This document shows, in pieces, positions 29,728 through 39,537 of a stretch of 64,000 bases of DNA. Origin of the DNA: Turneriella sp. GTDB taxonomy: Bacteria; Spirochaetota; Leptospiria; Turneriellales; Turneriellaceae. The notes beneath the pieces are model-generated. The model did no database searches and was not told where the DNA came from. It was given only the letters and a program-made list of their open reading frames with translations. How positions within the stretch are numbered: position 1 is the first letter of the stretch; each line of letters begins with the position of its first letter. The stretch covers positions 1,760,001-1,824,000 of the forward strand of contig CBDIID010000003.1 in assembly GCA_965279515.1 (NCBI GenBank), given 5' to 3'. Position numbers and translations under genes: made by a program.

Positions 29728-29819
29728 GTCGAAGCAGACAATGGAGAGGTCAAGTGCAAAGTCCGGATTGTGAACAAAGATTCACTTTTCCCCATATCGC
29801 CTTTTAACAATTTAATCCC

Positions 29820-31040
29820 ATGGAATGGCTCTCTAAAAATGCGGAACTCATCGGTATTCTGTTCATGCCGGTGACGTACGGGTTTATCGGCTGGCTCACC
29901 AACGTCGTCGCACTGAAGATGATGTTTTACCCGATGAAGTTCTGGGGCATTCCACCATACCTCGGCTGGCAGGGTATTGTGCCGAGAAAATCCACCGGGC
30001 TGGCGCTGAAGGCCGTCAGTATGCTGACGGAAAAACTCGTGAAGGTCGAAGATTTTTTCGAAAAAATTCCCGCGGATAAACTCGGTGAATCGTACAAGCC
30101 TCTTCTGAAGGAGAACATCCCCGCGATGACACACCGCGTGATGGAACTTCTGCCTGCAGACCTCAAGGAAAAGATCAGCCCGAAAGAAGAACAGATCGTT
30201 GCAAAGGCGACGCGCGAATCAGAGCAGAAGCTCGAACAGATCACCGCACACCTCAAAGACGATGTGGGCAAGGTTTTCAGTTTCAAGGCGCTGGTGTTGC
30301 GTTGCCTCACCGGCGAGAACACGCACCTCATTGTCGATCTCTTCCAGAAAATCGGCCACAAGGAATTCAAATTCATCGGCGCTTCGGGTTGGTATTTCGG
30401 TATTCTTTTCGGCCTGATACAGATGGTGATCTGGTGGCTCTACCCCGGCCTGTGGACATTGCCGGTGCAGGGCGTCATCGTCGGTTATGTGACAAACTGG
30501 CTCGCGCTCATCATGATTTTCCGGCCGATGGTCGAGAAGCGTTACCTGTTCTTTAAATACCAGGGCCTGTTCCACCGCCGCCAGCAAGAAGTTTCCGAAG
30601 AATACGCATCGATGTTTGCGGATCATGTTCTCAACGGTAAGAATATTCTCGACGAAGTTCTCTACCGCCGTATCAGCCGCACGGTGGTTGAAACCATCGC
30701 CGAAGATATCGTGCTCGAACTGAAAAGTTCGGGTACCGACCAGAAGGCGATCGAAGCCTTTTCGCGGGCCAGCGACGGCATACGCACACAGGTCGCCGCC
30801 GAAATGGCGGCGAAGTTTTCAGAGACGTCGCAGACGATTGAAAAACTCATCAGCCGTTCCATGAACGTGAAAGCAACCATCTACAACCGCATGAAAGACC
30901 TGCCGGGTGAGGAATTCGAGACGATTTTGCGTTCGGCTTTCCAGGAAGACGAGTGGATTCTCATCATTCTGGGCGCGGTACTCGGAGCCCTCGTGGGCCT
31001 CGGGCAGATGTTCTACATGCTGGCGTTTGCCGCAGGTTGA
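29820..31040 (+). CDS. DUF445 family membrane protein
   Basis: Duplicated IGWLTNVVALKMMFYP / VGYVTNWLALIMIFRP motif; WQGIVP. Confidence 0.8.
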   Translation: MEWLSKNAELIGILFMPVTYGFIGWLTNVVALKMMFYPMKFWGIPPYLGWQGIVPRKSTGLALKAVSMLTEKLVKVEDFFEKIPADKLGESYKPLLKENIPAMTHRVMELLPADLKEKISPKEEQIVAKATRESEQKLEQITAHLKDDVGKVFSFKALVLRCLTGENTHLIVDLFQKIGHKEFKFIGASGWYFGILFGLIQMVIWWLYPGLWTLPVQGVIVGYVTNWLALIMIFRPMVEKRYLFFKYQGLFHRRQQEVSEEYASMFADHVLNGKNILDEVLYRRISRTVVETIAEDIVLELKSSGTDQKAIEAFSRASDGIRTQVAAEMAAKFSETSQTIEKLISRSMNVKATIYNRMKDLPGEEFETILRSAFQEDEWILIILGAVLGALVGLGQMFYMLAFAAG

Positions 31041-31092
31041 TGGGATTAAAATAAAAAATATACGTCGATGTCCTCTGTTTGAGCGAAGGCTA

Positions 31093-31149
31093 TCAAGCCC
31101 GGCGAGTTTCTTTGAAACGCCGCGAAAAATTCTGCGCGTGAATTTTCAT
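31093..31149 (-). pseudogene. Possible remnant of a DUF5615 PIN-like toxin
   Basis: ATGA-coupled 18-codon ORF MKIHAQNFSRRFKETRRA after the DUF433 gene. Confidence 0.4.
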
Positions 31150-31367
31150 GCCCGATCAAAGTTGCGATTCTCTTTGGCTGCAGTATAGGCAAGAGCCGCC
31201 TGAATATCTTCTCTTGTAAGATCAGGAAAATCTGCCAGAATTTCATCGTACGTCATGCCTGATGCAAGCCAGCCAAGGATATCGCCAACGCTGATTCGCA
31301 TACCGCGGATACAAGGGCGCCCAAAACGTTTATCGGGCTCGACGGTAATAATCTGCCGGTAATCCAT
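31146..31367 (-). CDS. DUF433 domain protein (antitoxin-like)
   Basis: GRPCIRGMRISV, EILADFPDLTREDIQAALAY. Confidence 0.9.
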   Translation of the reverse strand: MDYRQIITVEPDKRFGRPCIRGMRISVGDILGWLASGMTYDEILADFPDLTREDIQAALAYTAAKENRNFDRA

Positions 31368-31482
31368 CGACGTATGGTTAACAAAAACTACAAGGTACGG
31401 CAAGAAAAAATGCACTGGCCCTTACCAAACCCAATTTACGAAAATATCTTGCTTCTTTGACTCCCCCGGCTCCGCTGGGTGC

Positions 31483-34400
31483 GTGAGGCGGAGTCACCCC
31501 ATTGTCGTCTGTGCGCTTTTGGCGGTCGTGTTTGCGTGCCGTTCGAACCCCTTTGGCGGTACGGGCAACTCCATTGAAGAATTTACCGTCTATACAACCG
31601 ACTTCAGCGCGCAAAATGATGGCGGCGCGAAGACAGCGTTGCTCGAAGTCATTGGCGGCGCGAAGGCGACGCTGCATTGCGCTTTCTCTGCGCTGACGCT
31701 GACCGATGTCAGTAATGCCCTGATCGGCAAAGCAATATCCGGTGTGCAGGTCAAAGTGGCGTTCGACGCCGACGTTAAGACCACCGATGCAGGGTCCGTA
31801 GCGCTTCAGGCGAGCGGCGCATTTGTCGTGGTGACGGCTCCCGTCGATTCGAAACAAAGCCAGTTGCTCTACGGTAACGGCGGCACCGCATTTATGCGCC
31901 ACAACTTCTGCCTCGCCGACGAACGTTATATCTATGTCTCCACCGCGGGCGCTGACGATACGCAGATGCGTAAAACGCCGAACGTGGCGCTCAAGATCGG
32001 CAGCCCGCAGTTCGGCATTGCGCGCGACTTCCTGCGCGAATCCAATATGTTTTCGCAGCTGTTGTTTGGCAATGGCAAAGCGAAGACCGACTTCACAACA
32101 AAGTTCACGGCCTTAAACCAGGTGATCGGCGCGTACTGGGGTCCGCAGGAATCTCCGCTCGACATTCTCGGCATCAATCTTTCCGAAGCAACAACGCGGG
32201 TTGACTTTTATTCGACGGCCTTCCAAACCACAAACTCCAGCAAATCGGATCTCGATGTGCCGCAGGTGTTGCAACGACTGGAGTCGGCGAAAGGTATTCC
32301 ACTAAAGAAATATTTTTCGAGCCAGGCGCTTTTTGACGGGTCTTCAAAAGCCTATACACTAAATAATCCCTACCAGTATTTGAACAACAGCGTCGCGATC
32401 GGCGCAAATATTTTCGTCGTCGACCGGGGATTATCTTCGGCGAAAACACTGATCTACACGGGCTCGCTGCGCTCGCAGGCCAATTCTTCTGACGATGGAG
32501 TGCTATTAGAGCTGAGAGGCAAGTACGCCGCGGAAATTGTTGGGGCGTATCTGGATAAAATCGGCACCGTTTCCACGATCGTCAGCAATAGCGGCGATAC
32601 TGGAGCAGATAAGGATGTTGTTATCAGCGAGTTGCACTGGATGGGTTCCTATTCCAATGCTCTGACTTCCGATTCAACGGATGAGTTTGTTGAATTCTAT
32701 AACAATAAATCCGTTGCCGTAAATGTGAGTGGCTGGAAATTTGTATGTACGACAGACGGCTCAACAGCTAACACCTCTATTACACTGCCTTCAGGTGCGC
32801 TCATCGCCCCCGGAGGATTCTTCGTTGTCGCCAGCAAATCGACGGGCGCCTTCCCAACCGCCAATTATTATGACAATAAAGTAAACACGACGAATGGCTC
32901 GATACAATGCCGGCTCGGGGACGGAAAAACCCCGGCGGCAATGTACGCAGTGGCGAATTTTGGTACCCTTATCGATACCGCAGGGGCTGGAACAGCATTT
33001 GATACAGTCGCGAATATGGGAACTAATGATAGTACCAACAAGATCAGGCGGAGTATGGAGCGTGTAAACACGACCACTGACGGCAATAACACAACCAACT
33101 GGCAGGCCAATGTATACAGCGCTAGCCAGAACACCGGCGTCGCAGCATCGTTCCGCGACCAGACCTTCGCCTCACCCGGCGCTGGTCTTTCAACCGTTCT
33201 CGTCGCGCCCGGCACCTTTAAGATCACGGAGATCAGCATCGACGGCAGCGGAGACAGCGTAGAGCTGCGCTGCATTGCGGGCGGCAGCATCGCCGGTTTC
33301 AAACTCAATTTATCCAATAGCCTGCGCTATACTTTCCCATCGGCAACCTTTGTTGCTGGCGACATCATTGTCTTCCATGCACAGGCGGCGGGCACAGACG
33401 AAACCGGGGGAAATCCCACGGCAAGCGGCGATGTCGGCGCCACGGCGGGCTATGATTTCTGGCAGGCCGGCTCTTCGATCACATCAACCGACGCCGAGGT
33501 GGAACTCACCACCAGCGGCAGTGTGAGTCAGGACTATGTCGCATGGACCGACGGTGTCTTCGGTTCAGGGCAGTCGGCGCGGGTGGATGCGCATATTTCC
33601 AGCTCGCACTGGACCAAGGCAACGGGCACCCTAGCCGAAACCGACCTCATTGATTCGGCGATTGACGATAGCAGCCTCTGCCTGCAACGCGTGAACACCG
33701 GGGCCGGCACTGCACATACAGATACAGACTCGCGCAGCGACTGGATCGGCGGCACCTGCAATCTCGGCACAAACCAAAGCACGACAGCCCCTGCTTTCAA
33801 CGTCGCGTCGGCCATCGCGAACGTCGACAACACCCATGTCACCGTTACCTTCGGCAGCGCACCAAACGCCACTCAATCTCAGGTCGCGGGAAATTACTGT
33901 ATTTCTTTTTCCGCCGAAGCGGATTGCAGCGGCCCCGATCTGACCATTTCCGGCGCCACGCTTTCAGGCAACACCGTCACACTGACGACTTCGGCGCAGG
34001 GCGCCGGCACGGGATACCGCGTCTATGTGACGGGAGTTATAGCAGCTGCGGGTGCTGCCAGCCTGACGACAAGCTCAGCGGCATTTACAGGTTTTCTGAC
34101 TCCGGCCACGCTCGTTATTAATGAAGTTGCGCCCAACGAAGCCTCGAGTCGCGATCTCATTGAACTCTATGCGGTGACGGCTGGCACGGTCAACGGGCTC
34201 GAGATTTTCGAGGGTGGTACTTCCGTCAAAGTATTACCGAATACAGTTGTAGCAGCCGGCGATTATCTCGTGGTTCATATCAACGCAGCGGGCACCGACG
34301 AGACCACAACAAAGACCCAGTCTGCGGACGCAGGTAACATCGCCGGCGCCTGGGATTTCTGGTCAGCAGATACCGGCCTTACAGGTACGGATAATGCAAT

Positions 34401-34686
34401 CATTCTGAAAAACTCCGGCGGCACGATCTTAGATGCCTGCATCTTCGGGAATACTTCCGCTACCTGGACAGGACCAACAATCAGCACAGTAATCGACCCC
34501 GTTATTACTGCGGGTCAGTGGACCAAGGCGGGCGGAACATTCATCGAAAGCGATGCCGTAAACCATGCGACATCGATACCTGCAGGTTCTTCGTTTAGAA
34601 GATCACCCAACGCGAGTGATACCAACAACTCGCGTCTCGACTGGACCTCGGCTGCCGGGCTAACGATCGGTTCGGCGAACCCCTAA
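31483..34686 (+). CDS. Large lipoprotein with degenerate PLD-like region and three lamin-tail-like domains
   Basis: Lipobox-like AVVFAC; VVISEL...EFVEFYN, FKITEI...SVELR, LVINEV...LIELY; Ig-like segment. Confidence 0.75.
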   Translation: MRRSHPIVVCALLAVVFACRSNPFGGTGNSIEEFTVYTTDFSAQNDGGAKTALLEVIGGAKATLHCAFSALTLTDVSNALIGKAISGVQVKVAFDADVKTTDAGSVALQASGAFVVVTAPVDSKQSQLLYGNGGTAFMRHNFCLADERYIYVSTAGADDTQMRKTPNVALKIGSPQFGIARDFLRESNMFSQLLFGNGKAKTDFTTKFTALNQVIGAYWGPQESPLDILGINLSEATTRVDFYSTAFQTTNSSKSDLDVPQVLQRLESAKGIPLKKYFSSQALFDGSSKAYTLNNPYQYLNNSVAIGANIFVVDRGLSSAKTLIYTGSLRSQANSSDDGVLLELRGKYAAEIVGAYLDKIGTVSTIVSNSGDTGADKDVVISELHWMGSYSNALTSDSTDEFVEFYNNKSVAVNVSGWKFVCTTDGSTANTSITLPSGALIAPGGFFVVASKSTGAFPTANYYDNKVNTTNGSIQCRLGDGKTPAAMYAVANFGTLIDTAGAGTAFDTVANMGTNDSTNKIRRSMERVNTTTDGNNTTNWQANVYSASQNTGVAASFRDQTFASPGAGLSTVLVAPGTFKITEISIDGSGDSVELRCIAGGSIAGFKLNLSNSLRYTFPSATFVAGDIIVFHAQAAGTDETGGNPTASGDVGATAGYDFWQAGSSITSTDAEVELTTSGSVSQDYVAWTDGVFGSGQSARVDAHISSSHWTKATGTLAETDLIDSAIDDSSLCLQRVNTGAGTAHTDTDSRSDWIGGTCNLGTNQSTTAPAFNVASAIANVDNTHVTVTFGSAPNATQSQVAGNYCISFSAEADCSGPDLTISGATLSGNTVTLTTSAQGAGTGYRVYVTGVIAAAGAASLTTSSAAFTGFLTPATLVINEVAPNEASSRDLIELYAVTAGTVNGLEIFEGGTSVKVLPNTVVAAGDYLVVHINAAGTDETTTKTQSADAGNIAGAWDFWSADTGLTGTDNAIILKNSGGTILDACIFGNTSATWTGPTISTVIDPVITAGQWTKAGGTFIESDAVNHATSIPAGSSFRRSPNASDTNNSRLDWTSAAGLTIGSANP

Positions 34687-35465
34687 AAGCCGCGGCCCCA
34701 GAACATCACCAGAAAGATAATACCCACGACGATGCGGTAGATCCCAAACGCGAAAAATCCGCGTTTGGAAATAAAACCGACGAAAAACCGGACGGCGATG
34801 AGGGCGCAGGCAAACGCGACGATTGCGCCGATCGCCAAAAGGTCCAGGTGCGATGCATTCAGCGAACCGCGGTTCTTATAGAGATCATAACCCGTCGCCA
34901 CAACCATCGTCGGTACCGCGAGTAAGAACGAGAACTCGACCGCGCGCACGCGGTTAAGCCCCATCACCAGGCCGCCGCCAATCGTCGCCGCCGCGCGCGA
35001 CACGCCAGGAATCATCGAGATGGTCTGGAAGATACCAATGATAAACGCACTTTTAGGCGAGACCTCGGTCTCATGGCCACCCGCCTGGTGTTCGTTCTTT
35101 GCCGCGAGACGATCGAAAAACAATAACACAACGCCGCCAACAATCAGCGCAACCGAGACCGAAACGGGGTTAAAGAGCAGGGCCTTGATATATTTATAAA
35201 GAAGCAAACCAGCGACGCCTGTGGGCACGAACGCGATCGCGAGAATGAAGTAGAGCCGGGGTTCTTTCAGGAAGCGGCGGATATAGAGCAGCATGACCGC
35301 GGCAATCGCGCCCAGCTGGATGGCAATTTCAAAGGTCTTGACAAACTCATTGTCCTGGATTTTCATCAGGGAACCGGCAAGAATCATGTGGCCGGTGGAA
35401 GATACGGGTAAAAACTCGGTAATACCCTCGACAATGCCGAGGATTACCGCTTGAAAAGCTGTCAT
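34683..35465 (-). CDS. uppP: Undecaprenyl-diphosphate phosphatase
   Basis: EGITEFLPVSSTGH, IQLGA, PGVSR, EFSFLL. Confidence 0.95.
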   Translation of the reverse strand: MTAFQAVILGIVEGITEFLPVSSTGHMILAGSLMKIQDNEFVKTFEIAIQLGAIAAVMLLYIRRFLKEPRLYFILAIAFVPTGVAGLLLYKYIKALLFNPVSVSVALIVGGVVLLFFDRLAAKNEHQAGGHETEVSPKSAFIIGIFQTISMIPGVSRAAATIGGGLVMGLNRVRAVEFSFLLAVPTMVVATGYDLYKNRGSLNASHLDLLAIGAIVAFACALIAVRFFVGFISKRGFFAFGIYRIVVGIIFLVMFWGRGF

Positions 35466-35611
35466 CTAAGGGCGGTCAGGCCCGGGAAACGCCGGGTCAA
35501 GCTGCAATGCGCACCCGGATATTCGCACCGCAAGACATCCAAATCGCTTGTCAACCTGTCTGATTTCGGCAATTTGCCCCAAACACAAGGGAAAGTTAAA
35601 TAAAGGAAATT

Positions 35612-35878
35612 ATGCTCGCAACCGCAGATAAACAGGCTCTCATTGCCTCACACCAGAAAAGTTCAAAGGACACAGGTAGTGTCGAGGTACAGGTTGCGCT
35701 TCTGACCGAAAAGATTAACCGTCTGACCGGTCATTTTCAGGCACACGTCAAAGACCACCACTCACGCGTGGGTCTCTTGAAGATGGTCGGCAAGCGCCGC
35801 CGTCTGCTCGATTATCTGCGCCGTAACAGCGTCGACCGCTACAAGGCGATCATCGGCAAACTGAATCTCCGTAAGTAA
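35612..35878 (+). CDS. rpsO: 30S ribosomal protein S15
   Basis: [30 protein letters not shown]. Confidence 0.98.
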   Translation: MLATADKQALIASHQKSSKDTGSVEVQVALLTEKINRLTGHFQAHVKDHHSRVGLLKMVGKRRRLLDYLRRNSVDRYKAIIGKLNLRK

Positions 35879-35888
35879 CACCTTTGGG

Positions 35889-35911
35889 TTTGGGCTTCGG
35901 CCCAAAAATTT
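35889..35911 (+). terminator. Hairpin after rpsO (probable terminator or attenuator)
   Basis: tttgggc-TTCG-gcccaaa followed by aattt. Confidence 0.6.
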
Positions 35912-35912
35912 C

Positions 35913-35961
35913 GCAGCAATAAGATCAGGCGAGGTATATCCTCCCTTTATCTTATTGCTGC
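35913..35961 (+). promoter_or_regulatory. Long stem-loop in the pnp leader (candidate RNase III site)
   Basis: Perfect 13-bp gcagcaataagat/atcttattgctgc plus inner agg-c-gagg/cctc-cct stem. Confidence 0.6.
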
Positions 35962-35979
35962 ACTATTAAAGAAGGAAAC

Positions 35980-38091
35980 ATGCAACACGACTTCAAAGTT
36001 CACAAAGAAACCGTCGACGTTCAGGGTAAAACCTTTGAACTCGAAACCGGTAAATGGGCGCGCCAGGCCGACGGCAGCGTACTCCTCAAGTGGGGCAACA
36101 TGGTGCTCATGGCGAATGCCACGGGCGCTAAAAAAGCGGCGGAGAATCTCGACTTTTTCCCGATGACCGTCGAATACCGCGAGAAATATTATGCCGGCGG
36201 CCGTTTTCCCGGCGGCTTTATCAAGCGCGAAAACCGCCTTTCAGAAAAAGAAATTCTCACCTCACGCGTTATCGACCGCCCGATTCGCCCGCTGTTCCCC
36301 GAAAATTTTACCAACGAAGTGCAGATCTTCATCACGCTCTTGAGCGCGCAGAAGAACTACAGCGCCGACGTGCACGCAATCACGGCGGCATCCGCGGCAC
36401 TCTCGATATCAGGCCTGCCCTTTGACGGCCCGGTTGCCGGTGTGCGGATTGCCCGCGTTGCCGGTAAATTTATCCTGTTCCCTAACCGCGACGAAATCAA
36501 GGCCTCAGACATCAACCTCGCGCTCGCGGGTACGATCAAGGCCGTAACGATGATCGAAGGGCTCGCCGACGAAGCCTCTGAAGAAGACATGATCGCCGCG
36601 GTAAAATTCGGCCACCAGGAAATCATCCGCCTGTGCGAAATGCAGGTCAAATTCAAAGAAAAAGCCGGCAAACCCCGCATGGCAGTTGCAGAACCCGAAA
36701 ACCACGCGGCGCTGATTGAAAAAATCCGTGGTATCGGTCTTGCCGACATGAAAGCCGCAAACGAGAAAAAAGGCAAGTTCGACCGCCAGACAGCGATCGA
36801 CGAAACGAAAAAAGCCCTCAACGAAAAGATGAAGGCGGAGTTTGCTGCGCTCGAAAAAGCCGAAGCCGAGAAAAAGGAAAAAATCGCAAAAACGATCATC
36901 AGCGACCTCGAAGTTGACGTCGTGCGCGACCAGATTTTCCACGACGGCATCCGTGCTGACGGCCGCAAACTCGACGAGATCCGCGCGATTTCGATCGAAG
37001 TCGGTGTACTGCCTTCAGCTCACGGTTCAGCACTCTTCACACGCGGTGAAACCCAGTCGCTGGGTGTTCTGACTCTGGGTACAGAATCGAATGCACAGGA
37101 TACTGATGACGTTGAAGGCGAAAGCTCTTCACGCTTCTACCTCCATTACAACTTTCCCCCTTACTCAGTGGGTGAAGTCCGCCGTTTTGGCGCGCCGGGC
37201 CGCCGCGAAATCGGTCACGGTAAACTCGCCGAAAACTCAATCGCTCCGATTGTTCCCGATGCAGGTCGCTTCCCTTACGTAATGCGCCTTGTTTCTGAAA
37301 TTACCGAATCGAACGGCTCGTCTTCGATGGCATCGGTGTGCTCCGGCGCGCTGGCGCTCATGGACGGCGGCGTGCCGATCAAGGCACCCGTTGCAGGTAT
37401 TGCGATGGGTCTCATCACCAGCGGCGATAAATTCGCTGTCCTGTCTGATATCGCGGGTCTCGAAGACCACTTCGGTGACATGGACTTCAAAATCGCCGGT
37501 TCGACCAAAGGCATCACAGGCTTCCAGCTCGATACCAAAGTACAGGGCATCAGCTATGAGATCATGGAAAAGGCGATCCACCAGGCAAAAGCCGGCCGCC
37601 TCCATATCCTGAAACTCATGAATGAAGTGATCGAGAAGCCGCGCGGCGACCTGAAAGACAGCGCGCCACGCATTACAACGCTCACGATCGACCGTGACCG
37701 CATCGGCGAACTCATCGGGCCAGGTGGTAAAAACATCCGCGGCATCATTGAGAAGACCGGCGCTGAAATCAACGTCGACGACAATGGTCTCGTACAGATC
37801 GCATCGAACGACGGCGAATCTGCGCGCAAGGCACGCGCGATGATCGAAGGCCAGTTTGCCGATGCCGAAATCGGCAAGATCTACGAAGGCACAGTGCGCA
37901 AGATCACTGACTTCGGCGCCTTCATCGAAATCATGCCGGGCCGCGATGGTCTCTGCCACATCAGCAAGGTGTCGGCGCAGCGCATCGCCAATGTCGCTGA
38001 TGTGCTGAAAGAAGGCCAAGCGGTGAAGGTAAAAGTCCTCGCGATCGACCGCCAGGGCAAAATCTCCCTGTCTATCCGGGACGCGGAATAA
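35980..38091 (+). CDS. pnp: Polyribonucleotide nucleotidyltransferase
   Basis: PGGFIKRE, FTRGETQ, RREIGHG, SNGSSSMAS, GDMDFK; KH and S1 domains. Confidence 0.98.
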   Translation: MQHDFKVHKETVDVQGKTFELETGKWARQADGSVLLKWGNMVLMANATGAKKAAENLDFFPMTVEYREKYYAGGRFPGGFIKRENRLSEKEILTSRVIDRPIRPLFPENFTNEVQIFITLLSAQKNYSADVHAITAASAALSISGLPFDGPVAGVRIARVAGKFILFPNRDEIKASDINLALAGTIKAVTMIEGLADEASEEDMIAAVKFGHQEIIRLCEMQVKFKEKAGKPRMAVAEPENHAALIEKIRGIGLADMKAANEKKGKFDRQTAIDETKKALNEKMKAEFAALEKAEAEKKEKIAKTIISDLEVDVVRDQIFHDGIRADGRKLDEIRAISIEVGVLPSAHGSALFTRGETQSLGVLTLGTESNAQDTDDVEGESSSRFYLHYNFPPYSVGEVRRFGAPGRREIGHGKLAENSIAPIVPDAGRFPYVMRLVSEITESNGSSSMASVCSGALALMDGGVPIKAPVAGIAMGLITSGDKFAVLSDIAGLEDHFGDMDFKIAGSTKGITGFQLDTKVQGISYEIMEKAIHQAKAGRLHILKLMNEVIEKPRGDLKDSAPRITTLTIDRDRIGELIGPGGKNIRGIIEKTGAEINVDDNGLVQIASNDGESARKARAMIEGQFADAEIGKIYEGTVRKITDFGAFIEIMPGRDGLCHISKVSAQRIANVADVLKEGQAVKVKVLAIDRQGKISLSIRDAE

Positions 38092-38122
38092 TCCGCCGTC
38101 GCCGGATAGGTTAGCGTCAGCC

Positions 38123-39481
38123 ATGCGTTGGATGAGCATCAAACCTAAACCGGCGGTGGAAAAAATCCGCCTCGGCAACGGGCTAACCGTTCTTCTCGAG
38201 AATATTCCGCACCGCACGAGCGCGACCGTTGGCATCTGGCTGCCGGTCGGCTCGCGTTTTGAAACCCAGCGCGAATCGGGGTATTCTCACTTTGTGGAGC
38301 ACATGCTCTTCAAGGGCACCAAAAAGCGCCACTACACCGAACTTTCGCGCGCGATTGACCGTCTGGGCGGGCATCTGAATGCCTCGACGAGCAAAGAAAT
38401 CACCGACTACTATATCAGCCTCAGCGGGCGGCACTTGCCGGTCGCGCTCGATGTGCTCGCCGACATGTTCTTCGATTCGCTGTTCAGCAAAGAGGAATTT
38501 GAATCTGAGAAAAAGGTGATTGTCGAAGAGCTCAAGATGGGCGAAGACCAGCCGGATGATTTTCTGTTCGACCTGTTCTACCAGCATCAGATCGGCGACA
38601 ACTCGCTGGGCCGCCCGATCGCCGGCACACCGCGCGGCATCAGCCGCACCTCGCGTGACGATCTCTATAACTATTACCGCGGGCATTATGGTCCCGAAGG
38701 CGCCGTGCTTTCGCTGGCGGGCGCGCTCTATAGCTCAAGCGCAGAGAAGAAGGCGCTTTTGCTGGAAATTTCTGCACACTTTGACCGCAAAGACCATGGC
38801 CTCGAAGGCAAACCTGGATTCAAAGGCGAAAGATTTTCAACCCCCGAGTTTCAATCCCCGCGCCTGATGAAGCAGAAGAATCTCACGCACCAGGCGAAAA
38901 AGCTCGAACAGGTCAGCTTTGTCATTTCACTGCCCGGCACTAAAACCGAACTCGACCAGGCTGCAGACCTGCCTGTGCTCACACATTATCTCGGCGGCAC
39001 AATGTCGTCACGGCTCTTTGTCGAGCTGCGTGAGAAAAAAGGCCTCTGCTATTCGGTCAGCACATTCCATTCGCAATTTTTACACGAAGGCATCTGGGGT
39101 ATTTTTTGTGCCACCTCACCCGATAAATATGCCACAGCTGTCGAAACCGCGATGGGTGAAATCAATGCGCTTGCATCGGGCATCGACGGCGGCGACATCG
39201 AAGAAAGTAAGTCGGGTCTCAAAGGTTCCATCGAACTGTCCATGGAAAGTGCTCACCGGCGCGCGAGTTATAATGCGCGGATGCACCTCTACCACGATGT
39301 GCAACGCGACTGGCGGGAATATCTGTCGAACATCGATCGCGTCACACCCGCGACATTCTTAACAGCAATCCGCCGGCTTTGGAAAGGTGCCTCGCCCGGC
39401 ATCACCAGTCTAGGCCCTAAGATTAGCGGCACGACGAAGAACCGGCTGCGCCGTTTGATTAATAGTCCGGTTTTGAACTGA
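38123..39481 (+). CDS. M16 (pitrilysin) family zinc peptidase
   Basis: HFVEHMLFKGT inverted zinc motif; SSRLFVELREKKGLCY. Confidence 0.93.
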   Translation: MRWMSIKPKPAVEKIRLGNGLTVLLENIPHRTSATVGIWLPVGSRFETQRESGYSHFVEHMLFKGTKKRHYTELSRAIDRLGGHLNASTSKEITDYYISLSGRHLPVALDVLADMFFDSLFSKEEFESEKKVIVEELKMGEDQPDDFLFDLFYQHQIGDNSLGRPIAGTPRGISRTSRDDLYNYYRGHYGPEGAVLSLAGALYSSSAEKKALLLEISAHFDRKDHGLEGKPGFKGERFSTPEFQSPRLMKQKNLTHQAKKLEQVSFVISLPGTKTELDQAADLPVLTHYLGGTMSSRLFVELREKKGLCYSVSTFHSQFLHEGIWGIFCATSPDKYATAVETAMGEINALASGIDGGDIEESKSGLKGSIELSMESAHRRASYNARMHLYHDVQRDWREYLSNIDRVTPATFLTAIRRLWKGASPGITSLGPKISGTTKNRLRRLINSPVLN

Positions 39482-39483
39482 CG

Positions 39484-39521
39484 AGTTCGCGCTTAGAGCG
39501 ACCTCGTGTCGCGCGCGAACT
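39484..39521. terminator. Hairpin between convergent genes
   Basis: agttcgcgc/gcgcgaact outer stem with gcgac/gtcgc inner stem. Confidence 0.45.
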
Positions 39522-39537
39522 TTGCACCTCGTGTGCT

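Noticed and set aside
37237..38235. 332-aa antisense ORF over pnp
   Set aside because: Typical antisense shadow from codon bias of a highly expressed gene.
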